From Phycisphaerales bacterium (lineage in GTDB: Bacteria; Planctomycetota; Phycisphaerae; WQYP01), in contig JABEVB010000178.1 in assembly GCA_013044165.1 (NCBI GenBank), forward strand, positions 1-53,635: a stretch of 53,635 nt of DNA. The letters are read 5' to 3'. The number at the start of each line of letters is the position of its first letter. The stretch's first letter is position 1. The notes beneath the pieces are model-generated. The model saw nothing but the letters and a program-made list of their open reading frames with translations, did no database searches and was not told the origin of the DNA. This document shows, in pieces, positions 1-11,600 of this stretch. A program made the translations under genes and the position numbers.

Positions 1-203
1 AAAAACATCCAATATCAATGGCTGTTTGCTCACACCCCAAATCCGCCCCCCAGCCGCGTGGCCTGAAGGTCAAAAGCATGCATAAGCTGCCACAGGCCCA
101 TTTGCGTTATCTCGCTGCAAATTGACTTGAACGCGAAAGTTCAACTGGATACAATTGACGTTTTCTTGTGTTGAAAAAAGCTGTAAAGCTTGGATGCGCC
201 CGT

Positions 204-800
204 ATGGAGAATAATGATTCCGGCAAATTGGACGATGAGTTGCGCTTATCGGGCTTATTGCGTCCTAAACCGTCGCGAGCAAGCTCAACGGACGTTAAGG
301 GCCGAGGTGCTGCCGCGAAGCCCGTGAAGGCTGCCACCCCTCAAGCCGCGCCGGCTCGAGGTGCTACATCTAATGCGCCACATTGCGAGACTGTAGCTCA
401 GCAGATTCCGCTAACAGAAGAGTTGATACCCATGATGAACAAAAATATTGAATCGGAGCCAATTGTCACAGAAGGCGACTTGTCCAACTTAGCACGGCTG
501 GCGCGCGCCAGCGCCAATCGAAAAAGACCTCGCAAAAATAAGACGTGGGGAGCGGTTGCGACTTTCGTTATATTAGCGTTGCTTGCGAGCGGGGTGATGC
601 TGGAGGCCTATATGTTTGGCAAATCAGGGCGTATTAACAAACACGTCATTGCAGGCCCCCAATACGCATTGACGGCGACCTCCAGCCCGCAAACTCAACC
701 GTTGCCGAATAACGTAAACGCGGGACCAAGTCAGCCTGCAGCCCCATTGCGTATTCTCCATCATGCACCGGGCGAGTTGTTTGACAACAATAACCATTAA
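204..800 (+). CDS. hypothetical single-pass membrane protein
   Basis: ORF 168..800 opens with GTG; the first in-frame ATG is at 204 (MENNDSG...). It has a basic Ala/Pro-rich N-terminal half, one hydrophobic helix (WGAVATFVILALLASGVMLEAYMF) and a Pro/Gln-rich tail. No family recognised. A small hairpin CCCGCA-N4-TGCGGG (802..817) plus a T-rich tract follows the stop. Confidence 0.35.
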   Translation: MENNDSGKLDDELRLSGLLRPKPSRASSTDVKGRGAAAKPVKAATPQAAPARGATSNAPHCETVAQQIPLTEELIPMMNKNIESEPIVTEGDLSNLARLARASANRKRPRKNKTWGAVATFVILALLASGVMLEAYMFGKSGRINKHVIAGPQYALTATSSPQTQPLPNNVNAGPSQPAAPLRILHHAPGELFDNNNH

Positions 801-941
801 CCCCGCACGCCTGCGGGTGTCTGCGTGGTTTATTATTCTGCATTGTGCCCGGAGAGATCGGGAGACTGCCTTTTCCTGGTTTACTTCTTCGGCCGGCTTA
901 CGCCCCGCCGGTTGCCTGCGGGTACCTGAAAACTCCGGCGA

Positions 942-2615
942 CTACGGCAAATGAAATACAAGCTGTGCGCCAATGATGTACGGCTGCTGGTCGGGCAGTA
1001 CGCGGTTGAATGGAAAGCCGATCCAGGTATTGGCCGTGATGTGATCTTTTAGAAACGTCCAACGTGCGCCCAAGCCCATGGCCTGTTCGTGCTGCTCGGT
1101 GGGGTACTGCGAAAACAGCACGCCACCGTCGTAAAAGACATAGGCATCGGCAAAGGTTGTGGCGCGGTAATGCAGTTCAAGCTGCGAGAAAAAGCCGCTG
1201 TCGCCGGTGATGCCGTCGGTCTGAAAGCCGCGCACGCTGTACGGCCCGCCCATCTGAAAAAGCTCGACCGGCGAGACGCCATTGGTGGGTGTATACTGCC
1301 AACCGCTAAGCAGGCTGGCATATACCTGGGGCGTAAAGTCAAAAAAGCCGTAGAAATTGCCATTATAAATAAAAGGGTGCTGCACGTTGTCGAGCGGATC
1401 GGCTCCGCGTGAATAACTGATGGTTTGAATAAGCGACAGCGCTCCGCGGCTGAAGTTGCCCTGCATGGTAAGGCCAAGACTCTCGCGGCTTACGTTGGTG
1501 GGGCCAAGGTCCAGCCCGCCCACCAGCGTGTGCGAGCTGTTGTACGAATAGTCAAAACCCGCCTGCATGTACCAATGCTGCGTGGCCAGCAGTGGCTGGG
1601 TGAGCGAGCCATCCACCTGCCAAGACCGGCCCCTTACGTCAATGCCCGAATAGGCGCCATTGATGATATGAATATTGCTGAATTCATAACTAACGCCGAT
1701 GCGCGTACCCCATGTTGTAATGGGTATGCTGTAAGAAAGACTGTTGTCTATGCCGCCCTGCGATTGCACGCTGTAGAGGTTGATGCGGTCGTCAAGCTTA
1801 AGCGGGCTGTATACATTGAGGTATTCGCTGCCTTCAAGGCGTCCGGTTGCCGGGTTGCCGTAGTTATCAACATCCAAATCAAGTGTAAGGCGGCGCGGTT
1901 CCTGCGCGTAGAGCAGGATATTGGTAAGGCCGAAGGTTTTTCCGGGCTGCAGAGCGGCCTTAAGTTGGACCGAATTGGTGCGATTAAAAAAGTTAAGCGA
2001 GTCGGCCAGACTGCGATCGTTGACGACCTGCCCGGCTTTTAGCGGCAGGCGGCTAAGCACATAGCTGGGCCAGGTGGCACTGTTGCCCTTGAGCGTTACC
2101 TGGCCAAGTTTGCCCTCGACCAACTCTATGCGCACCAACCCGCCGGTGATTTTCTGCGGGGGCAAAATAGCCCGCGCCGTGAGATACCCCTCTTTGAGGT
2201 AAAGCGCGTTGACCCGGGCCACCAGTTTCTGCAGGTCTGCCAGGTGGATGGGATGATGCAAATACGGCTGGGCTAACGCCTGGAGCTGCAGAGGCGTCAA
2301 AAACTTGGAACTAGAAAACGCAATACGGCTTAGCGTAAATGCCGGACCGCCTTCGGTAATGCCCGACTGGGTAGAGGGCGTCTGCCCCGACAGCACCGGG
2401 CCAGCGGGTTGCGAAGCCGGCGCCGGCGCGGGTTTGTGCTTAAGCGTCTGCTGCTGCAAGGCACCCGGGTTGAGATTGGGCGGCACGAAGGTGGCCGCCC
2501 GTAACGCCGACGATGCCGCCATGGCAGTGCCGACAGCAATCGCCAGCGATCGGCCGATGGCGGAGCGGCGCGGCAGGCGAAGTTTTTGTGCACGCGTCAA
2601 TGAACGGTATGTCAT
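942..2615 (-). CDS. two-partner secretion outer-membrane transporter, ShlB/FhaC/HecB (TpsB) family
   Basis: 557-aa ORF with a signal-like N-terminus (AIAVGTAMAASSALRA). POTRA-type segment LKEGYLTARAILPPQKITGGLVRIELVEGKLGQVTLKGN is typical of ShlB/FhaC. Omp85 loop-6 style motif GGPYSVRGF and an aromatic-rich C-terminal barrel are present. Its ATG (2613..2615) overlaps the TGA of the giant upstream ORF (ATGA junction 2612..2615). Confidence 0.9.
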   Translation of the reverse strand: MTYRSLTRAQKLRLPRRSAIGRSLAIAVGTAMAASSALRAATFVPPNLNPGALQQQTLKHKPAPAPASQPAGPVLSGQTPSTQSGITEGGPAFTLSRIAFSSSKFLTPLQLQALAQPYLHHPIHLADLQKLVARVNALYLKEGYLTARAILPPQKITGGLVRIELVEGKLGQVTLKGNSATWPSYVLSRLPLKAGQVVNDRSLADSLNFFNRTNSVQLKAALQPGKTFGLTNILLYAQEPRRLTLDLDVDNYGNPATGRLEGSEYLNVYSPLKLDDRINLYSVQSQGGIDNSLSYSIPITTWGTRIGVSYEFSNIHIINGAYSGIDVRGRSWQVDGSLTQPLLATQHWYMQAGFDYSYNSSHTLVGGLDLGPTNVSRESLGLTMQGNFSRGALSLIQTISYSRGADPLDNVQHPFIYNGNFYGFFDFTPQVYASLLSGWQYTPTNGVSPVELFQMGGPYSVRGFQTDGITGDSGFFSQLELHYRATTFADAYVFYDGGVLFSQYPTEQHEQAMGLGARWTFLKDHITANTWIGFPFNRVLPDQQPYIIGAQLVFHLP

Positions 2616-5600
2616 GAATTCCCCGACGAATGTTTATTGCCCCGTGAAGGCAGAAATCCAACGTTTACGCCCCCGCGCGGGCTGATGCTCAATCCCGCAA
2701 GACCGGGTAGGCTTTGCGGCGGTAGAATATAAATAAGTTTATCCTTCTGCAAATTAAAGGGTGTGGTTTGCACCCGAACCCCATCGCGCACGATCGAACC
2801 GCCCACAAAGGCAAAGTCCGTGTCGTTATGCGAGCCGATGTAGCTCAGCAGCACGTCTTGCCAGCCGCTCTGATACCGCAGCACATACGCGTCGGTCTGC
2901 ACATACCCGGGGCTAAGCAACAGGTTGAAAAGCCCGCCCGGCTGATAGAGTTGTACATTCACCGGCAACAGCGGCTGCGGCGTGTTGTTGAGCAGCAGCG
3001 TTTCACCGGGTGTGTTAATCGCCAGCGAACCGGGCACATCGCCGTGAAGCACCTGTACCTGGTTGCTGCTGAGCGTCAGTTGGGTGTTGGCGGCATCAAG
3101 CACGCTGAAGATCAGCGACGGCGCATAAATCGTCAGGTTGATGCTGTTGGCCACGCCGCCATTAAAGCCGCCGATATTGGCTACCAGCGGCTGGGGTGCG
3201 CCGGTCTGGTGAACAACGGCCGTAATGTTTTGCCCATGAAGGTTAAGGCTGTTGGTCACGTTGATGTTGCCAAGCGTGATGTTGCCGCTCGAGGCGCTGA
3301 GGCTCAAATTGCCGCCAACAGTAAGGTTATTGATCGTGAGCGAACCGGTCACCGAAATAGCCGCATCGCCATTGGGTGCGGAAAGATTGGGAATGGTTAC
3401 CGATTCTTCATCGTTGATGTAAATGCCGCCATTGGTTGTCGCAGCACTGAACTCCGGCAGATTGACCAGCAGCGGTATGGCCGCAGCGCCAATGCCCGTG
3501 CCGGCGGAAAACGTGGTCAACGATCCCGCCGGACCGCTGAGATTGAGCGTACCGACCGACGCCGAACTGATGGCGCCCAGCGCCGCGATGTTAAAGGTGG
3601 CGGTGGTAGCATTAACGTAGCTGCTGGTAAGCGAGCCAAGCTGGATATTGCCGGCGGAGGTGATATTGACCGGGCCGGTGGCACTGATGGCGCCCACGCC
3701 CAGGGTGTTGCCAAGGGGGTCGAAAATGTCCACTTCGCCGCCGACATTGGCGGCATTGATGGCACCCGGGGTGGCCCCGGGTGCATCGTTAACCTGCAGG
3801 GGGTTGGTAGAGCTGTTGCCAATGCGACCATTGGGAATTTGCAGGTCAATGGTGGGTGCGGCGAGGTTGATGCCGCTGTAGCTGCTGGAAGGCTCCGTGA
3901 GCAGATTGCCATTAGGCACTGCAATGGAGAGCGTGTTGGCGGCAAAGGCCGCGCCAAGGGTAAGATCGCCCGCGCCAACCGCGCTGACGTACACGTTCTG
4001 CCCGGCTCCGGCCGACACCAGCGTGCTGGTTTGCACCGCCAGCGGCGTCGCAGCGGTGCCAATGCTGCCGTTACCCGCAATCAGGTAAAGGTTTTGATGT
4101 GCCGATACAAACTCGCTGCCCGTACCAGCGGCGAGAATGTCTTGTGTGGCGGCAAGGCGGGCATCCGTTGGGGTTGAAATGGCATTGGCCGGCAAATTAA
4201 GCGAACCTGCCGCCTGCACAAACAGCGGGCCGTTATGGGCATCGGCCGTAAAATTGCCGGTGGCGTGCACAAACAACGGGGCAAACTGCTTGATGGTTAT
4301 GATGCCCTGCTGCTGGTTGACATTGCCGGTAATGATGATGTCACCGGGTGCGTACGCCAGCGCAATAGCGCTAAGGTCGCTGGCCGAGAGCGGCTGTGCG
4401 GCCAAAGCCTGCTGCGAAACCACCAGCGGACTGAGCGGCTGGCCAATGTTGCCGCTGGCGCTGATGCTGATATTGCGACCTGATACGTTTGGCGTGGCAA
4501 GGCCCACAAGGTTGGATGCACTGGGTGTAAACGCCGAGGCATTAAGCACATTGGTCAGCAGGCCTTGTGTCCATACAAAGTCCGGCGCGAGTTGCGCCTG
4601 CTCTTGTGCATTGACCGTATAGTTAAAACCGGCATTGTAGGCTGTGCCCAGCAGACTGCTGTAGCTTGGCGAACTGCCGCCGGCCGGGAACTGCGTCTGA
4701 AAGAAGTTCAGCACCTGATTGTACTTATTGGCCGCATACTCTTGCGCGGCACCGGAGCCGGTATAGCCGGCGGCATTGGCCACGGGCGTGTATGACGCCA
4801 CCGCCGAGGGGCTGAGCGTAAAAGTTCCATTGTTGACGGAGCCATGGCTCAAAAGCTGCCAGTACAACTGATAGTTGGTGTTCACCAGACGTTGGTATGG
4901 GTTGATGGCGTTGGAAACCGCAATGGGGCTGGGGGCGGTGGGGCTGTCGTGTTGCAGCAGCCCCAAGCTGCTCCAGATGGCGTTAAGCTGTGATGAGCTT
5001 AGCGTTTGTGCCGGCGTTTCGCTGCTGGCATTGTAGATATTGCCCTGGACGTTCAGCGATACATCGCCCGCGCCCGACGCGATGGCGTTAACCGCCAGGT
5101 TCTGCGAACTGCTGAGCATAATGCTGTCGGCTGCTGTAGCCGTTAATACGCCGTTCACGCTGACCGCCAGCGGGCTGCTGGTTGTGCCGATACCGCCGGT
5201 TTGGCTCACGAGAGTAACATTATCGCCCTGCACACCCGAGCCACCCGGAGCGGCCGTTATGCCGCCTTGCGCGGTAATGACAATATCCCCGCTGCTCTTG
5301 GCGTATGCCACCGGCACGGCAGAATCAACATTTACATATACTCCGCCCGTGATGGCGTTGACACTCAGCGACGGGGCCGCCGGCAACGTCAGGCCGCTAA
5401 GCTGGGATACAAGCCTTATGCCAATGGGCGTTGTGGCCGTGCCCACGCCGGAATCGCCGCTGAGGGTAAGCTGGTTGGTAACAATGGATGCCGAGGGCGA
5501 CTCGGTTATCGTCGAGCCGATGGCCGCAATGGTGGTGCTGCCGGCCGGATTGTTAATTTGACCGTTGAGCACAATGGGAGCGCCGTTTGAGGTAATGTTG

Positions 5601-8600
5601 ATGATGCCCGTTTGGCTGCCGACAAAGTTAATAGGTATGGGGGCATCCACGCGTGCGGTGGCGAGATCGGTTATTGTGCCGGAAATCGGGAAGTTGTAGT
5701 CGGCGTTGTCCGGCATGCCGTCGGCAATGAGCGAGGCCGCGGTAAGCGGCGTGCCAAGATTCACGGAGGTATCGGTGCTGACGGAATGGGTATAGTAACT
5801 GGTAAACAGGCCTCCGATTTGTTCCTTAAACTGCGGGTCGCTGGTGCTGCCAACTGTGTAACCGCTGGAGTTTTCTGTCCAGCCGCTGGCCCAAGACCAA
5901 TCATAGCTCACGGTACCGCCGCCGGTGCTGCGTGAAATGTTGCGTGAAACGTTGAACTGATATTCCAGACCGGCCAGGGGATTGTAGCTTGTGGTAAGCC
6001 CGTTGGCGGTGAGAGTTTGTGACGGCGGAGCCACCTGCACCGCACCGGCAAGGTCGGTGGCTCCATTGGTGTTGTTGAATACGCTAAGGCCATGGAGTAC
6101 GTCGTAAACATACCAGGTGGTCAGCGGGCTGCCCCCGTTGACATGCTGGAATTGATCCACAATTTTTACTTCACTTAGAGCTTCAGAGCCGGCATTGATG
6201 TTGTTGACCACCACGCCGACGCCGCTGTCATTGATAACCTGAACATTGCCAAAGCCGGCATTAACGTTGATAGATCCCGTTGCGTCGCCCGAATTGGCGA
6301 TGCCGCCATTGAGGTAAACAAAACCACCGCCCGAAGCAAGAATATTGGTGATCGAAATTTGATTGGTCGTCGGGTTATAGGTGGCCTTGATATCCGCCGG
6401 GTTGGCGCCGAGCGAACTGATATCTCCGGTAACATCCACCGTTTGGCCGGTACTCTGCGCGCTGGCGATGGCCCCGCCCAGGGTGCTGCCCCCCAGCAAT
6501 ACGTTGACACTGGTTATATGCCCGCTGCTGATTGAGCCGTTGATATTGATGTGCAACGCATTGATGCCGATTTGTCCCCCCACCAGTACTGAAGATGAGG
6601 CATCGTTTGTGGCGTAGCTGGCGGGGAAAGCGCTGCGCGTCGGGGTAAGATTTAATATGGGAACTTCCGGGTAATAAACCGTATAGGCCGGACTGCCAAG
6701 CGTACTGAACAGGTAGGCCCCTGTACCGACCGACGCACCGACGTTTTGCGCGGTGTTGTAACTGTTATCGCCGGCGATGCCCGGCACGGCATTACCGAGG
6801 ATGGGATAAATCTCACGGTTTGAGGTGATAATGCCGATGTTACCTTCAGTGATGCTGCCCAGCAAAGCGTAGGTAAACGACGACCCGCTGGAATAGTTTC
6901 CACCTCCAAACTCGGAGTTCGCAACATACGCCGCTGCCAGGTCCGGCGTGCTGGGCGAGAGGTAGCCCAACCACTCATTGTACGGACTATTACCGGAGGC
7001 GTTGTAATCCACGGTAGGCGTGTTGACGAAGAGGGATCCATTGGGAATGTTTTCCAGGATTTGTTCGCCCGCAATCTGGGCGGCGCCGGTTTGAAACAGC
7101 GAGCCGCCATCGTTGGTTATGCTCACCAAGCCACCGATGTTGCTGATACTGTTCTGCACGATAAACGCCAGACCCGGCGCCGGCGACCCCGTTGTTGGCG
7201 AGGTGCCCACCGGATCGGTCGAAGTGGAAATAATATTGATGGCCGAACGTATACCCGCGCCTGTAGCGCTGGCTGTTATGCCCAAGGGTACGCTCGCTGC
7301 GGTGCCGGTGTATAGAATCTGGCCGCCCGTCGTGTCGGGGATGGTTGCTCCGTCAAACAGCAGGTAGGCATCGCTGGTGTTGTTGACGTTAATCGAGGCG
7401 TCGCCATGCGCGGCAACCTGACCGCTTCCGGTTATCTGGCTCGCGTGCAAAATCACATTACCCGGGGCTGCATACAACGGCCCAAGGTCCACGGCAGTTA
7501 CCGTGCCGGTGGATACGGTGGTAAGTTCCTGCGCCAGCAGCGATGGATCATTTTGCGTCAGCGCGGTGAGGTAGCTGTCTGGATTAAAAGCCGCGTCAAT
7601 CTGATAAACCAGCGGCGCTCCGCTGACTTCATTGACGGCTACGGTGCCGCCTGAGGGCGTTATGTTAATGGTCTGATTGTGGAAGTAGCCCGCGGCGAAC
7701 TCCCCGAAGAGGTTGATTGTTCCATTGCCGTTATTGGCCGCGTTGTTGGAGTAAACAATCACGGGCACAAAACCGACCTCAAAACCGTATGCGGTGCCGT
7801 CCGTCTGCGCCGACTGTGGTCCGCGGTAGGCGCCCAGGGTGAGGTCGCCGCCGCTGTTGATGGCATCGCCGGCGCCCGTGCTCAGCGTGCTGCTGCGGTT
7901 GGCGGTTGCATCGGCCTGCACGATGGGAATAGCAATCAACCCGCTCACATAACTTTGCGCGATTGCGTCGGGAGCGACATTGCTGATCTGGCCGCCGGTT
8001 CCCATTCCTGCGGTCAGCGATACGCCCGAATAACCCAGCACGCCGACGTTTGAACCAAGGGTAACGCTTTGATTGGCCGATACCGTAACATTGGCGGTTG
8101 AAGCCCCCACGCCCGCAAGCCCCCATGTGCTGCTGTAGGCGCTGCCGGTGACGGCATCATTGGAATAGGTGCCGACACTTACCGTGCCGTTGCTGATCAG
8201 GCTGGTGTTGTCGCCAATGTTGACAGCATCGGTCTCGGTCGCGTTAACCGTTGAAACCGCCGCCGCCCCCTGGAGCAATCCGCCGGTAACCAGCGAGATC
8301 GAATCCTGCGAGTTGATGATGTTGCTGGCCGAAATGGTCAACGAGCCTGGATTGCTCAGCGGATCTGTCCCGGCGATTAATAAGTCGCCGCTGCTGATGT
8401 TCACCAGCGCTTGTTCAGTAAACGTGTTGTTGTCGGTTACGGCCGAGCCATTGGCGATACCGCCGCCAGCGGCCTTGGCGCTGTCGTTTGCGCCATTGTT
8501 GTTGTTTTCGGTGTCGTTGTTGCTTGCGGCAATGGTCAAATTACCCGAGGCGTCGAGTGCTGTGTTGCCGCCCACATTGGCGCTGGTAACGCCTGAAAGA

Positions 8601-11600
8601 TTATTGACCGCACTGGCTCCGCTGGCACCGAGTGCCGAGGCATTAACAGAGTTGCTGCTGGCGAAAAACGTGGTGTTGTGCGCCGCGGCGAGCGTTATGG
8701 CCCCGCCCACAAGCGTGCTGTTCGCTCCCACACTCGAAGAGACGCCCGCGCTGTCGCTGGTGGTGGCGACGACGACGTCGCCGGCCACAACGCCACCGGC
8801 ACCGGCGGTGGCGCTGGCGGTGTTGTTGTCGTTGGCATTGGCCTGCACGATAACGCTGGGGTTGTGCGGCGGAGCAGGAGGTGTTGCATCCGCGACGTCA
8901 CCGGAATCGCTGCCGCCGGCCGCATCGGCATCGTTGTCGCTGTCGCCATCGCCGATGGCATTGCCGGGCGTAATAACAGCGGTTGTGTTGTTGTTGTACT
9001 GGCCGATGGCAGCGGTAATTACCCCACTGGAAGTCGCGGTGCTGGCCGAAGCCCCCAGAGCCAGCCCGCCGACGGCAACGCCGGTGGATTGCGCATCGGT
9101 GCCGCTGTTACTGAAGGCATTAATGGAAATGGCTCCCAGCGGCAGCGTATTGTATGCGCCGGTCTGGGCGGTAATTTCCGAGGAATCTGTGGCGGTGGCG
9201 ACCGATGCATCCGCGCCCAGCAGCAGCCCGCCCGACCCGGCGACCGTGTTAGCATACGCGGCGCTGCCGCTGGTCGGGGCATAGGTGCCGGCGGAAAGCG
9301 TCAGTCCGCCGGAAGAGTTTATCTGCACATAGTTGCCCGACGATGCCGTCACCGTTGGCGCAACTTTGGCCGTCGCGATAGAAGCGCCCAATCCCGCGCC
9401 GGCACCCACCGACACTCCAAACGAATTGGCCGAGGCCGATGGCGTATCGTTGGCGGTAAGCGAAAGTCCGCCGCTTCCGAGGTTGAGCTTGGTTGGCGCA
9501 CTGTTGCTGGTGCCGCCGTTGATGAGCGCCTCTACATCCGCGGTGTCCTGGGCATTGGCGTACGAGGCATTGCCTGAAACCACGCCCACGGCGCCGGCGG
9601 TGGAGCTGGCATCCACATAACCGCCATCGGTAGCCGTTAGGCCCAGCGAGGCAACATCCTGAATGTACGAACCCGACCCCACGCTGGCCTTAACCGTGCT
9701 GGTTTTATGTGCCACCGATATAGACGCTCCCAGCGCCCCAATGCCACCGGCAAAACCATAAGATTGTACGTTTAACGTGCTGTTGTCGTGTGACGCGAGC
9801 GTCATGGCCACCGACGAGTTCCCATTGATATTGCCCGATATTGAGCTTGTTACCTCGGTGTTGTCTATGCCAACGGCAACGCCGGCGCCAAAGCCCACAA
9901 ACAGCGAACCGCCACCGGCATAGGCATCGGTTTGAATGGTTTGCCCGACAAACCCATTGCTCAGCGGCGACTCCATTGCTGAAACCCGCACGCTTGCGGC
10001 TTGCACCGTTGCGCCTTGAATGCTTGCCGAAACCACGCCGCTTAGCTCGGTAACAGCAATCGCCGAGCCAAAACCGACCGAGCCACCCAGGCCCACCGCG
10101 CCCGAAATGTTGTCAATGGCGGTGTTGTCGGCGGCATTGACCGAAACCGAGCCGGCATTGATGCTCCCGCCCACGATGCTCGCCGTCGTTCCATTGCCGA
10201 CGCCGCCGTACAAACTGGTTTGCTGTTGGCTTGGCCCGCTGATACTGGAGCTTATGTCGTTGCCATTGGAATCCAGCAAGTTGCTCGAAGAGCCGGAATT
10301 GCTGCTCAGGCCATTGCCGTTGGCATCGTTAAGGTTGCTGTGGTCAGCATTGCCGCTGAAGTTCTGGCTTGTTTCGGTATTCATGCCGCTGATGGATGAA
10401 CTGTCGTTGCCTTGTGCGGTGCTCAGATAGCCGCCGTCGGAGCCGGGCGTGCCGCCATCAATAATGACCACGCCGGCCGACCCGGCAACACCTGCCAGGC
10501 CGCCCAAGCCCGCCGTGGCTGTTACGACCTGCACGTTGCGGTTGCTTGTTGCCTGCACCGCCACGGCGCCGGCGACCTTCATGTTGCTGTCGGCAATGCC
10601 GGCGTTAACCGCGCTGGATATGTCAATGACGTTGATGCCGCCGCCCACGCCGGCCGTGCCGCCGCCGCCCAACGCGCCGGCGTAGCTTTGCACGGTAAGT
10701 GTATCGGTGGCCTGCACGTTAACGCCGGCAGCCTGCGGGTCGCCCTGGTTTTCGTCAATATTTGTGCTTGCAATGTTGGCCATGGTGGTATTGCTGCTTT
10801 GCCCCACCGTCAACATGCCCGCAAACCCCAGTCCGCCCACGCCCACCGACGCGTCCATGGCATTCATGGTGGTGCTGCTGGCCGCAGTTACATTGATTGC
10901 TCCCGCAGTGGTGACGGTGGTTATTTGACCGGTCTTGCCCAGATATGCCTGGGTGTTGTCTTTGTTGATGGCGATCAGGCCAACGCCCGAAGCTCCCACC
11001 GCTCCGACCCCTGCAGCGGCGCTGACCAGCGTGGCGCTGTTGCGCGAGGTGGCTCCAATGGTAAGTGCCCCCCCATTGAGATCGCCGCCATACGAATACG
11101 CCTGAGTATCCGCCGAGAAGTAATTCACCACCGCCGTGCCCGACACCCCCGCAATCGCCGCGGAAAGTCCTGCGGCCAAACCGACGGCGTCCTGGCTGCT
11201 TACGGCGTTGATAGCAATGCCCTGTGTCGCGCTGATGTTGCTGCCGGTGGCATACGCATACGTTTGCGCGGTAAAGGCGTTGACGCCCACGGTAAGGGCC
11301 ACCGCCGCGGAGGTCGCGCCACCCGCGAGGCCCAGCACCAGGCCACCGCCGTAATCGTGCGTAGATGCGGTTACATTAACCTGCTGATTCGCCCCCGGCG
11401 TTAAATGAAACGTCACATTGCCGGGCAGCGTCAAAGACGTTTGCTGATTGATGCTCGCCTGGTTTATGTAAGCATCGGTGCTGCCGCTCATGACATTGAC
11501 GTCAATGGTGCCGGCCACCGCCGCAGAGCCCAGCGGGTCGAATGCCAAGGCGCCTGTGAACGCAAGCTGCGTAAGCGTATTGCTCTGCTCGGCGTTGATC

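Noticed and set aside
942-2944. Possibility that the locus is a contact-dependent inhibition (CdiBAI) system with a C-terminal toxin and immunity gene.
   Set aside because: There is no VENN or similar pre-toxin motif in the C-terminal region. No small ORF follows tpsA, since tpsB overlaps its stop. Gene order is A-then-B rather than cdiB-cdiA-cdiI. A divergent toxin fold cannot be fully excluded without profile searches.
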